Positions 41,174 through 49,959 of a stretch of 64,000 nt of DNA are shown here, one piece after another. The position numbers were made by a program, and so were the translations under genes. The stretch lies in assembly GCA_963815095.1 (NCBI GenBank), contig CAWFFH010000001.1, positions 1 to 64,000 of the forward strand, read 5' to 3'. Origin of the DNA: Candidatus Bathyarchaeota archaeon. Lineage in GTDB: Archaea > Thermoproteota > Bathyarchaeia > Bathyarchaeales > Bathycorpusculaceae. A model generated the notes under the pieces. That model saw nothing but the letters and a program-made list of their open reading frames with translations, was not told the DNA's origin and ran no database searches. Within the stretch, counting starts at the first letter, position 1. Every line of letters begins with the position of its first letter.

Positions 41174-42139
41174 TTAAATCGCGAGCATTTCCGCTACCTT
41201 CAGCATCCGCATATCCAGCGGCTTCTTGTTCTTGGCTGACTTCTCCAGTTCAAAACTGGTGACTGCGCCTTTCTGTAAGCCGACTGCCAGGTTGCCTTTT
41301 CCATCACGAATCAATTCAACTGCTCGCTCCGCAAACAAACTGGCTAGCAGTCTGCTTCGGGCTGTGGGTGCGCCTCCGCGTTGAGCGTAACCGATGGTGG
41401 ATAATCTGACTTCGGCGTCGGTTTGCTGCTGAATTTCCACGGCTAATTTTCTCGTGTCGCCAAAGCCTTCGGCGGTTACGATTATTCCTGCTCTTTTGCC
41501 TTTTTTGGCGTTAGCATCCATGATGCGGCATACATCTTCTACTCGCAAGGGGTTTTCAGGAATCAAAATTACTTCGGCTCCAACACAAATGCCTACTTCA
41601 AGTGCTAGGAAACCTCTTTTTCTACCCATAACTTCGACAAGAAATATTCGTTCATGAGAAATCGCGGTATCCCTGATTTTGTCGATTATTTCTATAGCTG
41701 TGTTAACGGCTGTATCAAAACCGATAGTTTCGTCTGTGCCGTAAACGTCATTGTCGATGGTTGCTGGAATCCCAACCATTATCGCGTCAGATTTCTTACC
41801 TAGTTCCAAGGCGCCGCGGAACGAACCATCCCCCCCAATAACCACCAAGCCATCAACGTTGTTTGCCCGCAGGGTCTCCGCGCCAGTTTCAACTCCGCCA
41901 GGCTGCTCAAACGCTGGGCACCTCAAAGTATGAAGCATAGTGCCGCCCGACTGTATTATGCCTCCAACGCTACGAGGTGTCAATTTTTTGAAACAGTTAG
42001 TTAACAACCCATCCCAACCGCGTTCAAACCCAATTATTTGAAAACCCATCGAATGACCCACACGAGTTATCGCTCTGATGGCTGCGTTCATGCCAGGTGC
42101 GTCTCCTCCTGAAGTTACTATGCCAATGGTTTTAGTCAA
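41174..42139 (-). CDS. pfkA: 6-phosphofructokinase, PfkA family (ATP-type signature)
   Basis: TSGGDAPGMNA, GGDGS, PATIDND, GFDTA, EVMGR, QRGG. Confidence 0.93.
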   Translation of the reverse strand: MTKTIGIVTSGGDAPGMNAAIRAITRVGHSMGFQIIGFERGWDGLLTNCFKKLTPRSVGGIIQSGGTMLHTLRCPAFEQPGGVETGAETLRANNVDGLVVIGGDGSFRGALELGKKSDAIMVGIPATIDNDVYGTDETIGFDTAVNTAIEIIDKIRDTAISHERIFLVEVMGRKRGFLALEVGICVGAEVILIPENPLRVEDVCRIMDANAKKGKRAGIIVTAEGFGDTRKLAVEIQQQTDAEVRLSTIGYAQRGGAPTARSRLLASLFAERAVELIRDGKGNLAVGLQKGAVTSFELEKSAKNKKPLDMRMLKVAEMLAI

Positions 42140-42264
42140 TTTACTGTGCCTCTTTCATTTAGAATCACTAATGCTAAAAGATTAAAACGTTTAGTACGTC
42201 ATAGAACGTGTAGGGAATTCCAAAACACATAAATTCCAATCTTCTGTCTTTATGGACTCTGTAT

Positions 42265-42418
42265 CGGGAGGTAGCTCAGCCTGGCAGAGCTCTCGAGCTG
42301 GCTAATTAGTTTAGCTGGTGGAGAAGCTGTAGAGGTCTACCAACGGTGGGCTTCATTCTAGCCTGTCTAGGCCACAGATACCGAGCTGTCGCAGGTTCAA
42401 ATCCTGCTCTCCCGACCA
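42265..42418 (+). tRNA. tRNA-Tyr(GTA) with two introns (30/31: 42296-42325; 37/38: 42333-42379), CCA encoded
   Basis: Acceptor CGGGAGG/TCTCCCG with C1-G72 and A73; D-arm GCTC/GAGC; T-arm GCAGG-TTCAAAT-CCTGC; spliced anticodon arm CTCGG-CTGTAGA-CCGAG; both introns form BHB motifs. Confidence 0.93.
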
Positions 42419-42503
42419 ATAACTTTTGGAAAATGTTTTTTGGAACCTCCTGGTGTCAAAGTTCTATAAACTAATTGCTATTTAAGACCCAAAATCAACA
42501 AAC

Positions 42504-42989
42504 CTATCTATACAGAAGAACAACCTCGCCTGGAGCAAACCAAATCTGTCGATAAAACCCTAAAACCCTCCAACCAAAAAACCGCCACAAATCCAAAAAA
42601 CCCATTATCCGAAAACCTGCTCTGACCAAAGTTGTCTTAGCTGTACCATTCCTTCTCTGAGTAGAAGCAAAAACCGCCTTAACACCATCCTTTTTCAAGG
42701 CAGCGACACCACCCCTCGTTAATGCAAAAGCTATCCCTTTACGCCTAAAAGCAGGATGAACCGCAATCCACAAAATGCAGCCATACTTAATTCCGCCAAT
42801 ATAGAACTCTATCAACTTAGCAAAGCCAATAGCATCTCCTTGGGTTTCCGCTACGAGAACTTTTCCTTTCTCTGACTCTACGCTGTGAATGGCAAAGAGG
42901 CGATAGAATGGAAAAGATAAATCGATTATTTCTCTTAGTTTTACGCAATCGTTTGATGTTGCTTGTCTTATGGATAATGAGCTTTCCAA
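42504..42989 (-). CDS. GNAT family acetyltransferase
   Basis: IAVHPAFRRKGIA motif A; N...GF. Confidence 0.85.
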   Translation of the reverse strand: MESSLSIRQATSNDCVKLREIIDLSFPFYRLFAIHSVESEKGKVLVAETQGDAIGFAKLIEFYIGGIKYGCILWIAVHPAFRRKGIAFALTRGGVAALKKDGVKAVFASTQRRNGTAKTTLVRAGFRIMGFLDLWRFFGWRVLGFYRQIWFAPGEVVLLYR

Positions 42990-43046
42990 TTTGGCGGCTC
43001 CATAGGTAATAGGTGCTAAAAAGAATTGAAGTCTTTTCAGGTGAAC

Positions 43047-44237
43047 TTAAAGTGGTGGTGAAGGGGGCGGTAATTTCGTTTCCTTTGGTTTTTTGCGTGA
43101 GAAGACTAAACTTGTTGATTTTACGATTTGGGGTACTCCTGCAAGGTCTTCCACAATTAATAAGCCACGTGCCAAGATTGCAAATGCTCCGATGGCAGCC
43201 AGAACTGTTATTCCTGGAGCAACAAAAGTGGTGCTTGGGTTAAGGAAGAGCAGACTCATTATTCCAACAATTCCGAATTCTTGGACTCCTGCTCCTGCTG
43301 GAGTGATCGGAACAAACGCTAATGCAGTTACTAATGGGTGGATTAGGAAGAAGCCAAGCCATGCTATTGCGAAGTTGCTGTTGAGCGTTATTCCTAATGC
43401 TGCTCCTAAGAAGTACCATTCGAAGCCTTTTAGAACCCAGCATATCATTGTTAACCCGAAAATTTCAGGGATTGCTGAGCGTGTTTTCTTAGAGCTATCT
43501 TTGTATTCTTCAAGTTTGCCCATTATGCCCCCAGTGAATCTTTTTAAAAATCTGGAATTGGCTAAGCGGTCAAAAACTGCTATAGCTCTCTCGGACCAGG
43601 AGAAAGCGGCCAGCAAAAGAGCGCCAGTTAGCATAAGAGCAATACCTAGAGCTATCACGAAAAAGGTTACATTGATTCCCAAAATAGTTGCTGAAGGCCA
43701 ATTGCCCGTTGGAACCATCTTAATCAGAAATATGGCTGCGCCAATGCCACCTATTACTTTGACTAAAAACTCTATTGTCTGTATACCTAAGATGCTTGAG
43801 AGTCCTTTTGATGCGGGCACGTTTTGGTCTCGAAGATAAACAGGTGTTAAAATGTAGCCGGAGCGTCCAGGGGTTACATCGCTAGTTAACATCCCTGCAT
43901 ATTGGGCAAGAAGGGTTTTGCCAAAAGTTGTTTTAACTCCTCCTTTGCCAAGAACTCTTCTTAGACGTATTGCGAAGAATACATTTATTCCAAAATACAT
44001 TAGAAAAGCTAGAGCCAAATACTCTACTTTAATGGTGAGTAAGGCGTTATACAAGGAACCAACTCCAATGTACCATAGCAACGCTGCGAAAATAGCGACC
44101 ATTACAACTACTTGAATGAAGATTTTTAGGAATCTTTTTGATGAGGTATGCGTGTTAGGTGCAGAGGATTCTTGGGTAGTTGTCATGATGTTTAGGAATT
44201 GGCTTTGGGGGTTAAATGGATTGTGGAAAAACCCCAT
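43047..44237 (-). CDS. LPG-synthase TM region / flippase-like (UPF0104) membrane protein
   Basis: VTPGRSG, VPITPAGAGVQE; multi-TM; likely start near 44186. Confidence 0.85.
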   Translation of the reverse strand: MGFFHNPFNPQSQFLNIMTTTQESSAPNTHTSSKRFLKIFIQVVVMVAIFAALLWYIGVGSLYNALLTIKVEYLALAFLMYFGINVFFAIRLRRVLGKGGVKTTFGKTLLAQYAGMLTSDVTPGRSGYILTPVYLRDQNVPASKGLSSILGIQTIEFLVKVIGGIGAAIFLIKMVPTGNWPSATILGINVTFFVIALGIALMLTGALLLAAFSWSERAIAVFDRLANSRFLKRFTGGIMGKLEEYKDSSKKTRSAIPEIFGLTMICWVLKGFEWYFLGAALGITLNSNFAIAWLGFFLIHPLVTALAFVPITPAGAGVQEFGIVGIMSLLFLNPSTTFVAPGITVLAAIGAFAILARGLLIVEDLAGVPQIVKSTSLVFSRKKPKETKLPPPSPPL

Positions 44238-44399
44238 AAATCTGTTTAATCAATTCTCTACGAGTTTTAGGTATTTTGTCAATAGTTAGCTGACTTTTGA
44301 CGGCGTCATTTGCTTGCGTTTCATGGCTATGTTGCTTTCCTTAGTTAATCTTAAATATCAACACTGAATACACTGCCAATAATATCGGAGAAAATAAAG

Positions 44400-45361
44400 A
44401 TGGTAAAACAAAAGCGCAAGCACTTAATCTTGACAATCGCAGTTTTTGCCTTGCTATTCCTCTCGGTCTTCGCCTTATTCGCCAAACCAGCCGAGGCACA
44501 AACCACTGATATGACAACGCAAGTGCCTCAGAGCCTATTCACGTTACAGTTGGGGTTTGGCTCAACAACATAGAAAAAGTTGACCTTGCAGGTAATTCTT
44601 ACCGATTAGATTTCTACTTATGGTTCAGCTTTGATCCTTCACAAATCAGCTTAAATGATGTTCGACAATTTGAGTTCATCAATGGTTCACCGACAAAAAC
44701 AGAGATTGATTCAAACTTTTCATACCTTGAATACCGCATCAAAGGATACTATATCACTTCATTTGATTTTTCACAGTATCCCTTTGAAAGCCATACTTTA
44801 CCTGTTGCAATAGAGCATAACAATCTTGACATTACCCAGTTAGTTTATGTTACTGACCCAGAATCAGGCACGGAAAAATCTGCAAATGTTGCAGGATGGA
44901 ACCTTGGTAGTCTTCAAACTGAAGTTGTTAAACACGCTTACCCAGATCAAACGTTCTCACGTTTCACTTTCAGCGTCACCATATCTAAACCACTGGTTTC
45001 AGCCTTCATCAAAAGCGTTCTGCCAATATCCGTTATCACGGCAATTTCTTTGTTAGCTCTATTCATAGCGCCCCAGAATTTCACCATGCGAATCACCTTA
45101 GCTGTTACCACGCTTTTGCAGCAACAACTTTCCATCTTGTCGATGCTTAGCGGTATTTCACCAACGGGTTATTTGACTCTTGCAGAAAAGGTTATGATTG
45201 GAGTTTATGGGCTGTTCCTATTCAATCTTGCTTCATCCGTATTCATCATGCGACTAGTTGATGCTAAGAAACCTGAAGATGCATTGAAGATTAAAAGTAA
45301 AGCAATAAAGTTCCTTCCAGTAATGGTAATTATAATGGCTGTGTTGATTTTTCTAATCTAA
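44400..45361 (+). CDS. Pentameric ligand-gated ion channel (GLIC/ELIC-like Pro-loop receptor), frameshifted after the signal peptide
   Basis: Signal peptide from ATG 44400. Open frame 44510-45361 encodes PIHVTVGVWLNNIEKVD...YRLDFYLWF, Pro-loop FDFSQYPFESHTL, GW, M1 LP, M2 RITLAVTTLL, M2-M3 PTGYLTLAE, M4. Confidence 0.85.
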
Positions 45362-45375
45362 ACAACCACTCTTTT

Positions 45376-45570
45376 TTATGGTCTTACGCATTCAGCTTTA
45401 GGTCTATATGGGCGTTTAGTTGTTCTTTTGCGTTTATGATACTCGCATTCGTTGACTCGTGTTAGCATCCAATTATTTTCTTGGTAAATGCATCCGCAAG
45501 GTAACTTTAGTTCTTTTAAAGCATCCGCTGGTTCAGAGGTTTTCTTTGGTTCAGCCATTGTTTCAGCCAA
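45376..45570 (-). CDS. Small Cys/His protein
   Basis: LPCGC...ECEYH, basic tail. Confidence 0.5.
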   Translation of the reverse strand: MAETMAEPKKTSEPADALKELKLPCGCIYQENNWMLTRVNECEYHKRKRTTKRPYRPKAECVRP

Positions 45571-45649
45571 CTATTTCATAAGGCGAAATAAAGTAATAAC
45601 TTTAACCCCTAAGGCTACTAAATTAGAAAGAAAGAAAATTTGGGAATTT

Positions 45650-45900
45650 ATTTTTTAAAGATTTGCTGCGACTGTTGATAGGTTAGCTATGTCCATTTTG
45701 TAGTGACCTGCAAAATCCATTCTGGAGTGATAGTTGCACCAGCCTGGCATTGCTCAGTAGGAGTGTATTACTGCTGCTATTTCTGCTTTGATTACCACGT
45801 TGCTTGTATCGTCGGTAACTTTGAAGGGGTTGAATGCATGCCTGGTGCAGTGAGCGCGAATGTGAATGTGTTTCCGCTAATTTTGACCGTGAGGGTTCAG
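45650..45900 (-). pseudogene. Remnant of a surface protein with dockerin-like C-terminus
   Basis: Minus strand ...VIHSY*AMPGWCNYHSRMDFAGHYKMDIANLSTVAANL resembles archaeal dockerin-type repeats; interrupted by stops. Confidence 0.3.
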
Positions 45901-45987
45901 TTGATTGTTGAACTGTTTTATCCAGAGTTCGATGTTCACCTGTTATTTATCTGGTGGCGGTGATTTTGAAACGTAGCCTTTATTTTT

Positions 45988-46795
45988 CTAAAAAATGTTA
46001 GTGGGAATTATTGTTATTTGGTAGAGGTTTGGCCAGTTTTTGCCTGTGACGAAGAGGCTGTTGGAATGAGCGTCGTAGGCTATGCCGTTTAGAACATCGT
46101 CGGGATTATTTGATTGGTAAATTCCTGTTAAGTCTATCCAACCTTTCACAGATCCTGTTTGGGGATTTATGATTGCGATTTTTTGTTGTAGCCATATGTT
46201 AGCGTAAACATCTCCATTTATGAATTCTAACTCGTTTATGTTTGTTACATTAGCGTTTCCATCATGAACACTTACTTGCCCAACTTTCTGGTAAGTCACC
46301 GGGTCAAGGAAGGTTAAGTTTGAGGAACCGTCACTCATGATTAATTCTCTGCCATTATATGTCAAGCCCCACCCCTCAGTTGAATAACTAAAATTACCCA
46401 ACAAACCAAAGGTTTCTTTATTGTAGACAAAACCCATGTTATTTTGCCACGTTAACTGAACAAGCGAGTCATTGACAATGGCTAAGCCTTCCCCAAAATA
46501 CTTTGTAGGCAACAAAGTATTTTGCGTTCACCGAACCGGTTTCAAGGTTGACTCGGCGCAGAGAAGAAGACCCATACTCGCCAGTGCTCTCGTATAGAGA
46601 TCCATCACTGAACGCTAAGCCTTCGGTGAAGGCTGTGTTGTCATGGGGGTAAGTTTTGACGATTTGGTAGGTGTATTGCTTGGGCGGAACTGGAGCATTA
46701 GGTGCTTGACTATTAATTAGCGTTACCGCCAAAACTCCGCCTGCAACAAGCATTGCCATTACAACTGCAAGAGCGGCAACATACCTTTTTTCCAT
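45988..46795 (-). CDS. Glutaminyl-peptide cyclotransferase (beta-propeller QC), frameshift near 46515
   Basis: [12 protein letters not shown]...LYESTG in the first ORF; [40 protein letters not shown] in the second. Confidence 0.9.
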
Positions 46796-46919
46796 AAAAA
46801 CACAAAAGCACAGCCCCGCCTAATATGCACAACGCATAATCCTCAAAAAACATTTTAGCGAAACACTTAAGTGCTGAGAAATCTAAGTTGTGTCTCAGAC
46901 TTAAAATAGGTGAAATCAA

Positions 46920-47519
46920 TTGGCTGTTGAAGGTTTTTTCGAAAACAAAAAGGAACCCGTAGAAGCAAAAGTAGGCGACTTAACCCCTCAATCTAAAGCG
47001 GTTAACGTTACGGCCAAAGTAGTATCCAAAACAGAAATCAGAGAAATTCCAATGGGCAGAGACGGCTCTGCACACAAAGTATCTGATGCACTCATTGGCG
47101 ACGAAACTGGCGTAGTATACCTCACCCTATGGGATGACAACATAGAGAAAGTAAACGAAGCAGACACAGTACGCATAGAAAACGGCTATGTAACTCTCTT
47201 CAAAGGCAACATACGCCTGAACATCGGCAAATACGGCAAACTCGAAGCTGCAAAAGAGCCACTTACAGTAGAAGTTAACACAGAAAACAACGTTTCAAGC
47301 AAAACATACGAGCAAGAACGCAGACCATTTAGAAGCGGCGGCAGAGGCGGCGGACGAGGATTCGGCGGTGGCGGCGGTGGCTACGGCGGCGGACGCGATA
47401 GACGCGGCGGCGGTGGCTACGGCGGAGGCGGCGGTGGCTACGGCGGCGGACGCGACAGCAGAGGCGGCGGCGATCGACGCGGTGGCGGCGGAAGCGGCGG
47501 CTACAGACCAAGATACTAA
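46920..47519 (+). CDS. ssb: Single-stranded DNA-binding protein (single OB fold) with RGG/YGG-rich tail
   Basis: KVGDL...VNVTAKV...IGDETG...TLWD...NGYV..FKG...LNIGKYG. Confidence 0.88.
   Translation: MAVEGFFENKKEPVEAKVGDLTPQSKAVNVTAKVVSKTEIREIPMGRDGSAHKVSDALIGDETGVVYLTLWDDNIEKVNEADTVRIENGYVTLFKGNIRLNIGKYGKLEAAKEPLTVEVNTENNVSSKTYEQERRPFRSGGRGGGRGFGGGGGGYGGGRDRRGGGGYGGGGGGYGGGRDSRGGGDRRGGGGSGGYRPRY
47335..47506 (+). repeat. Imperfect tandem GGC-rich coding repeat (GGCGGCGGTGGCTACGGCGG x3)
   Basis: Read directly; encodes GGGYGGGRD repeats. Confidence 0.8.
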
Positions 47520-47547
47520 GCCCATCATATGTGTTGAGTTTAGAAAT

Positions 47548-47570
47548 ATTTTCTTTTTTTGATTTTTTAT
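47548..47570 (+). terminator. Archaeal-type oligo-T terminator after ssb
   Basis: TTTTCTTTTTTGATTTTTT about 30 nt after the stop. Confidence 0.45.
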
Positions 47571-47677
47571 ATCTTTAATTACTCCATTATCTTATTACCT
47601 AAATCCCCAAAATACTTGTAAACGTTTTCTTTGAGTTTTTTAATAAAAACTTAAATTCTCTGCGGTGTTTTTCACCG

Positions 47678-49075
47678 TTGAATAGAGTGTTTTGTATGGT
47701 CGCCGAAAAAACTTCAGCAAAGCCAACCGTGGATGAGTTGCTTGCGAAAGCCAAAAAACCTGCGCAGTTATCTTCAGCTATGCATAGGTTCTACGAAGGA
47801 AAAATGCAGGTTATCCCCAAATGCGCCATCAGGAATACAGATGATTTTGCAATCTGGTACACTCCCGGCGTAGCTTCACCCTGCAGAGAAATTCAAGCTG
47901 ACCCCGACAAATCATTCGAGTTAACGAACCGCTGGAATTACGTTGCGATTGTTACAGATGGGACTCGCGTTTTGGGTTTAGGCGATATTGGTCCTGAAGC
48001 AGCGTTACCAGTAATGGAGGGCAAAGCTCTTCTTTTCAAATATTTAGGTGGGGTTGATGCCTTTCCAATTTGCCTTCGAACCAAGGATCCCGATGAGATT
48101 GTACGGATTTGCAAAGCATTGGAGCCTTCTTTTGGCGGTATTAATCTAGAAGATATTGAGAAGCCAAAATGTTTTCATGTTTTGGAGAAAGCACGCGAGC
48201 AGATGCATGTGCCAGTTTGGCATGACGATCAGCAAGGAACTGCCACAGTAATCCTTGCCGGATTGATTAACGCATTTAAAATCGTTGGAAAAAAACCTAA
48301 AGAAAGTCTAATCACTCTGGTTGGTTCGGGAGCTGCCAACATTAGAACCGCTTATGTGCTTATGAAATGGGGTGTTAAACCCGGAAACATAATTTTTGCA
48401 GACAGCAAAGGCGTAATCTACAAAGGTAGAGCCGACATCAACCAACAAGAAGACCCATGGAAATACGACGTCACCCAAAAAACCAACGGAGAAGGCAGAA
48501 CAGGCGACATCGCAGATGCTTTCAAGGGCGTGGATGCAGTTGTTGCCGCTTCAAGGCCAGGTCCAAACACAATCAAAAAAGAATGGGTAAAAACCATGGC
48601 GAACGACGCAATAATTTTTGCGTGTGCTAACCCCATTCCAGAGATTTGGCCTTGGGACGCCGAAGATGCAGGCGCACGAATAGTTGCAACTGGACGAAGT
48701 GACTTTCCAAACCAAGTAAACAACAGCCTTGGGTTTCCGGGGATTTTCCGCGGGGTCTTAGATGTTAAAGCAAAAACCATAACTGATGACATGTGTATTG
48801 CAGCGGCGACGGAGCTTGCAAATTTTGCCGAAGAAAGGGGAATGAGCGAAAAAGACATTTTGCCGCGGATGGATGAGTGGGAGGTTTTTCCCAGAGAAGC
48901 CGTTGCTTGCGCGTTAAAATCCATTGAGCAGGGCGTAGCGCGTGTTAAACTCAGCAAGCAGGAACTGTATGAGCGGGCATCTGCTATAATCAAGAATGCT
49001 AGGGAATCCACAGAGTTGCTGATGAAACATGGTTTAATTAAGCAGCCACCAAGTGAAGCAGAACTGTTAAAGTAG
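47678..49075 (+). CDS. NAD(P)-dependent malic enzyme
   Basis: YTPGVA, TDGTRVLGLGDIG, MEGKALLFK, INLEDI, HDDQQGTA, GSGAA, ANPIPE, TGRSDFPNQVNN. Confidence 0.95.
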   Translation: MNRVFCMVAEKTSAKPTVDELLAKAKKPAQLSSAMHRFYEGKMQVIPKCAIRNTDDFAIWYTPGVASPCREIQADPDKSFELTNRWNYVAIVTDGTRVLGLGDIGPEAALPVMEGKALLFKYLGGVDAFPICLRTKDPDEIVRICKALEPSFGGINLEDIEKPKCFHVLEKAREQMHVPVWHDDQQGTATVILAGLINAFKIVGKKPKESLITLVGSGAANIRTAYVLMKWGVKPGNIIFADSKGVIYKGRADINQQEDPWKYDVTQKTNGEGRTGDIADAFKGVDAVVAASRPGPNTIKKEWVKTMANDAIIFACANPIPEIWPWDAEDAGARIVATGRSDFPNQVNNSLGFPGIFRGVLDVKAKTITDDMCIAAATELANFAEERGMSEKDILPRMDEWEVFPREAVACALKSIEQGVARVKLSKQELYERASAIIKNARESTELLMKHGLIKQPPSEAELLK

Positions 49076-49133
49076 CGTCTATTTCTTCCTCAAAGATCAT
49101 AACGAAAAATAGCTTGCAAAAATAAAGAGAAGA

Positions 49134-49412
49134 TTAGAGTGGCGATATTTTTACAATATTTCTTTTCTCGAGCCTTCGAAGTGCATCGAGACATTCATCC
49201 TTTTTCTCGCCGGTAATGTTTAAGTTGAGCATAATGTCTTTCACCGAAACGCCTGGCTTGCCAAAGTTTTCGTGCCGCTTGTAGAGGTGCTTAACTATAG
49301 ATTTTTCGAGTTTGCCGCATCGCCATGTAGTATTGCGTATTAGAATAACGATGGTCTGGACAAGGGTCTGCTCGCTTGTTTTTCTTCCACGGGATTCTCC
49401 CATCTTTCCCAC
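49134..49412 (-). CDS. Small hypothetical wHTH-like protein
   Basis: C-terminal LDALRRLEKRNIVKI. Confidence 0.55.
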   Translation of the reverse strand: MGKMGESRGRKTSEQTLVQTIVILIRNTTWRCGKLEKSIVKHLYKRHENFGKPGVSVKDIMLNLNITGEKKDECLDALRRLEKRNIVKISPL

Positions 49413-49491
49413 CTTCGGTTTTTAACGCATCATTTCATTTAAACGTTTGTTCCATGATGGAATAAGATCTGTTTTTTGGGCGAAAGGTTTT

Positions 49492-49941
49492 TTAGAGTGT
49501 TTTTTTGAGGTACTTGCCATGTTTTTTGCCGTAATAGTTTTCTAATTTGCCAATAGTTTGGTAACCGATGGCTTGATAGAGTTTAATTGCAGGGTGGTTA
49601 TCTTCGCACACCTCTAAGCGACATTCACCTACGCCTTTTTGTTTTAGGATACTTTCGATTTCTTGGAGAAGTTTTTTGGCGATTCCGTTTCGTCGGCATT
49701 TTGGGGCAACGTTGATTGTTATAATATGTCCAAACTCCGTATTTTCCTCAACTTCAATCTGAGTGATTATGAATCCTGCTATGTCGTTGTTTGCTTTAGC
49801 GACGAAGGCAATGGTGTTGTAGTCGGTTAGTAAGTAGGCTATTTGTCGTTTGCTGAAGGCTTCTTGGTCAAAGCATTCCTCTTCGATTTGGTAGAGTTTA
49901 TCGAGAAGCTTGAGGTTTGCTGTTTCGATTTTTACTTCCAT
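49492..49941 (-). CDS. rimI: RimI/Ard1-like N-acetyltransferase
   Basis: GHIITINVAPKCRRNGIA, LEV...N..AIKLY...YY. Confidence 0.85.
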   Translation of the reverse strand: MEVKIETANLKLLDKLYQIEEECFDQEAFSKRQIAYLLTDYNTIAFVAKANNDIAGFIITQIEVEENTEFGHIITINVAPKCRRNGIAKKLLQEIESILKQKGVGECRLEVCEDNHPAIKLYQAIGYQTIGKLENYYGKKHGKYLKKTL

Positions 49942-49959
49942 TTGCGGCTCTAAACCATA

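Noticed and set aside
42340-42367. Third, nested intron inside tRNA intron 2
   Set aside because: An ACGG/CTGT helix with one 3-nt bulge exists, but the second bulge is on the wrong strand for a BHB motif.
43093-43839. 248-aa antisense ORF (likewise 48418..49011, 22932..23381, 60143..60598)
   Set aside because: Fully antisense to well-supported genes and without motifs.
45703-45963. 86-aa Cys-containing plus-strand ORF
   Set aside because: The opposite strand looks like a decayed surface-protein remnant; no support for this frame.
47295-47562. Ala-rich and Arg-rich ORFs overlapping ssb
   Set aside because: Alternative-frame and antisense shadows of the GGC repeat.
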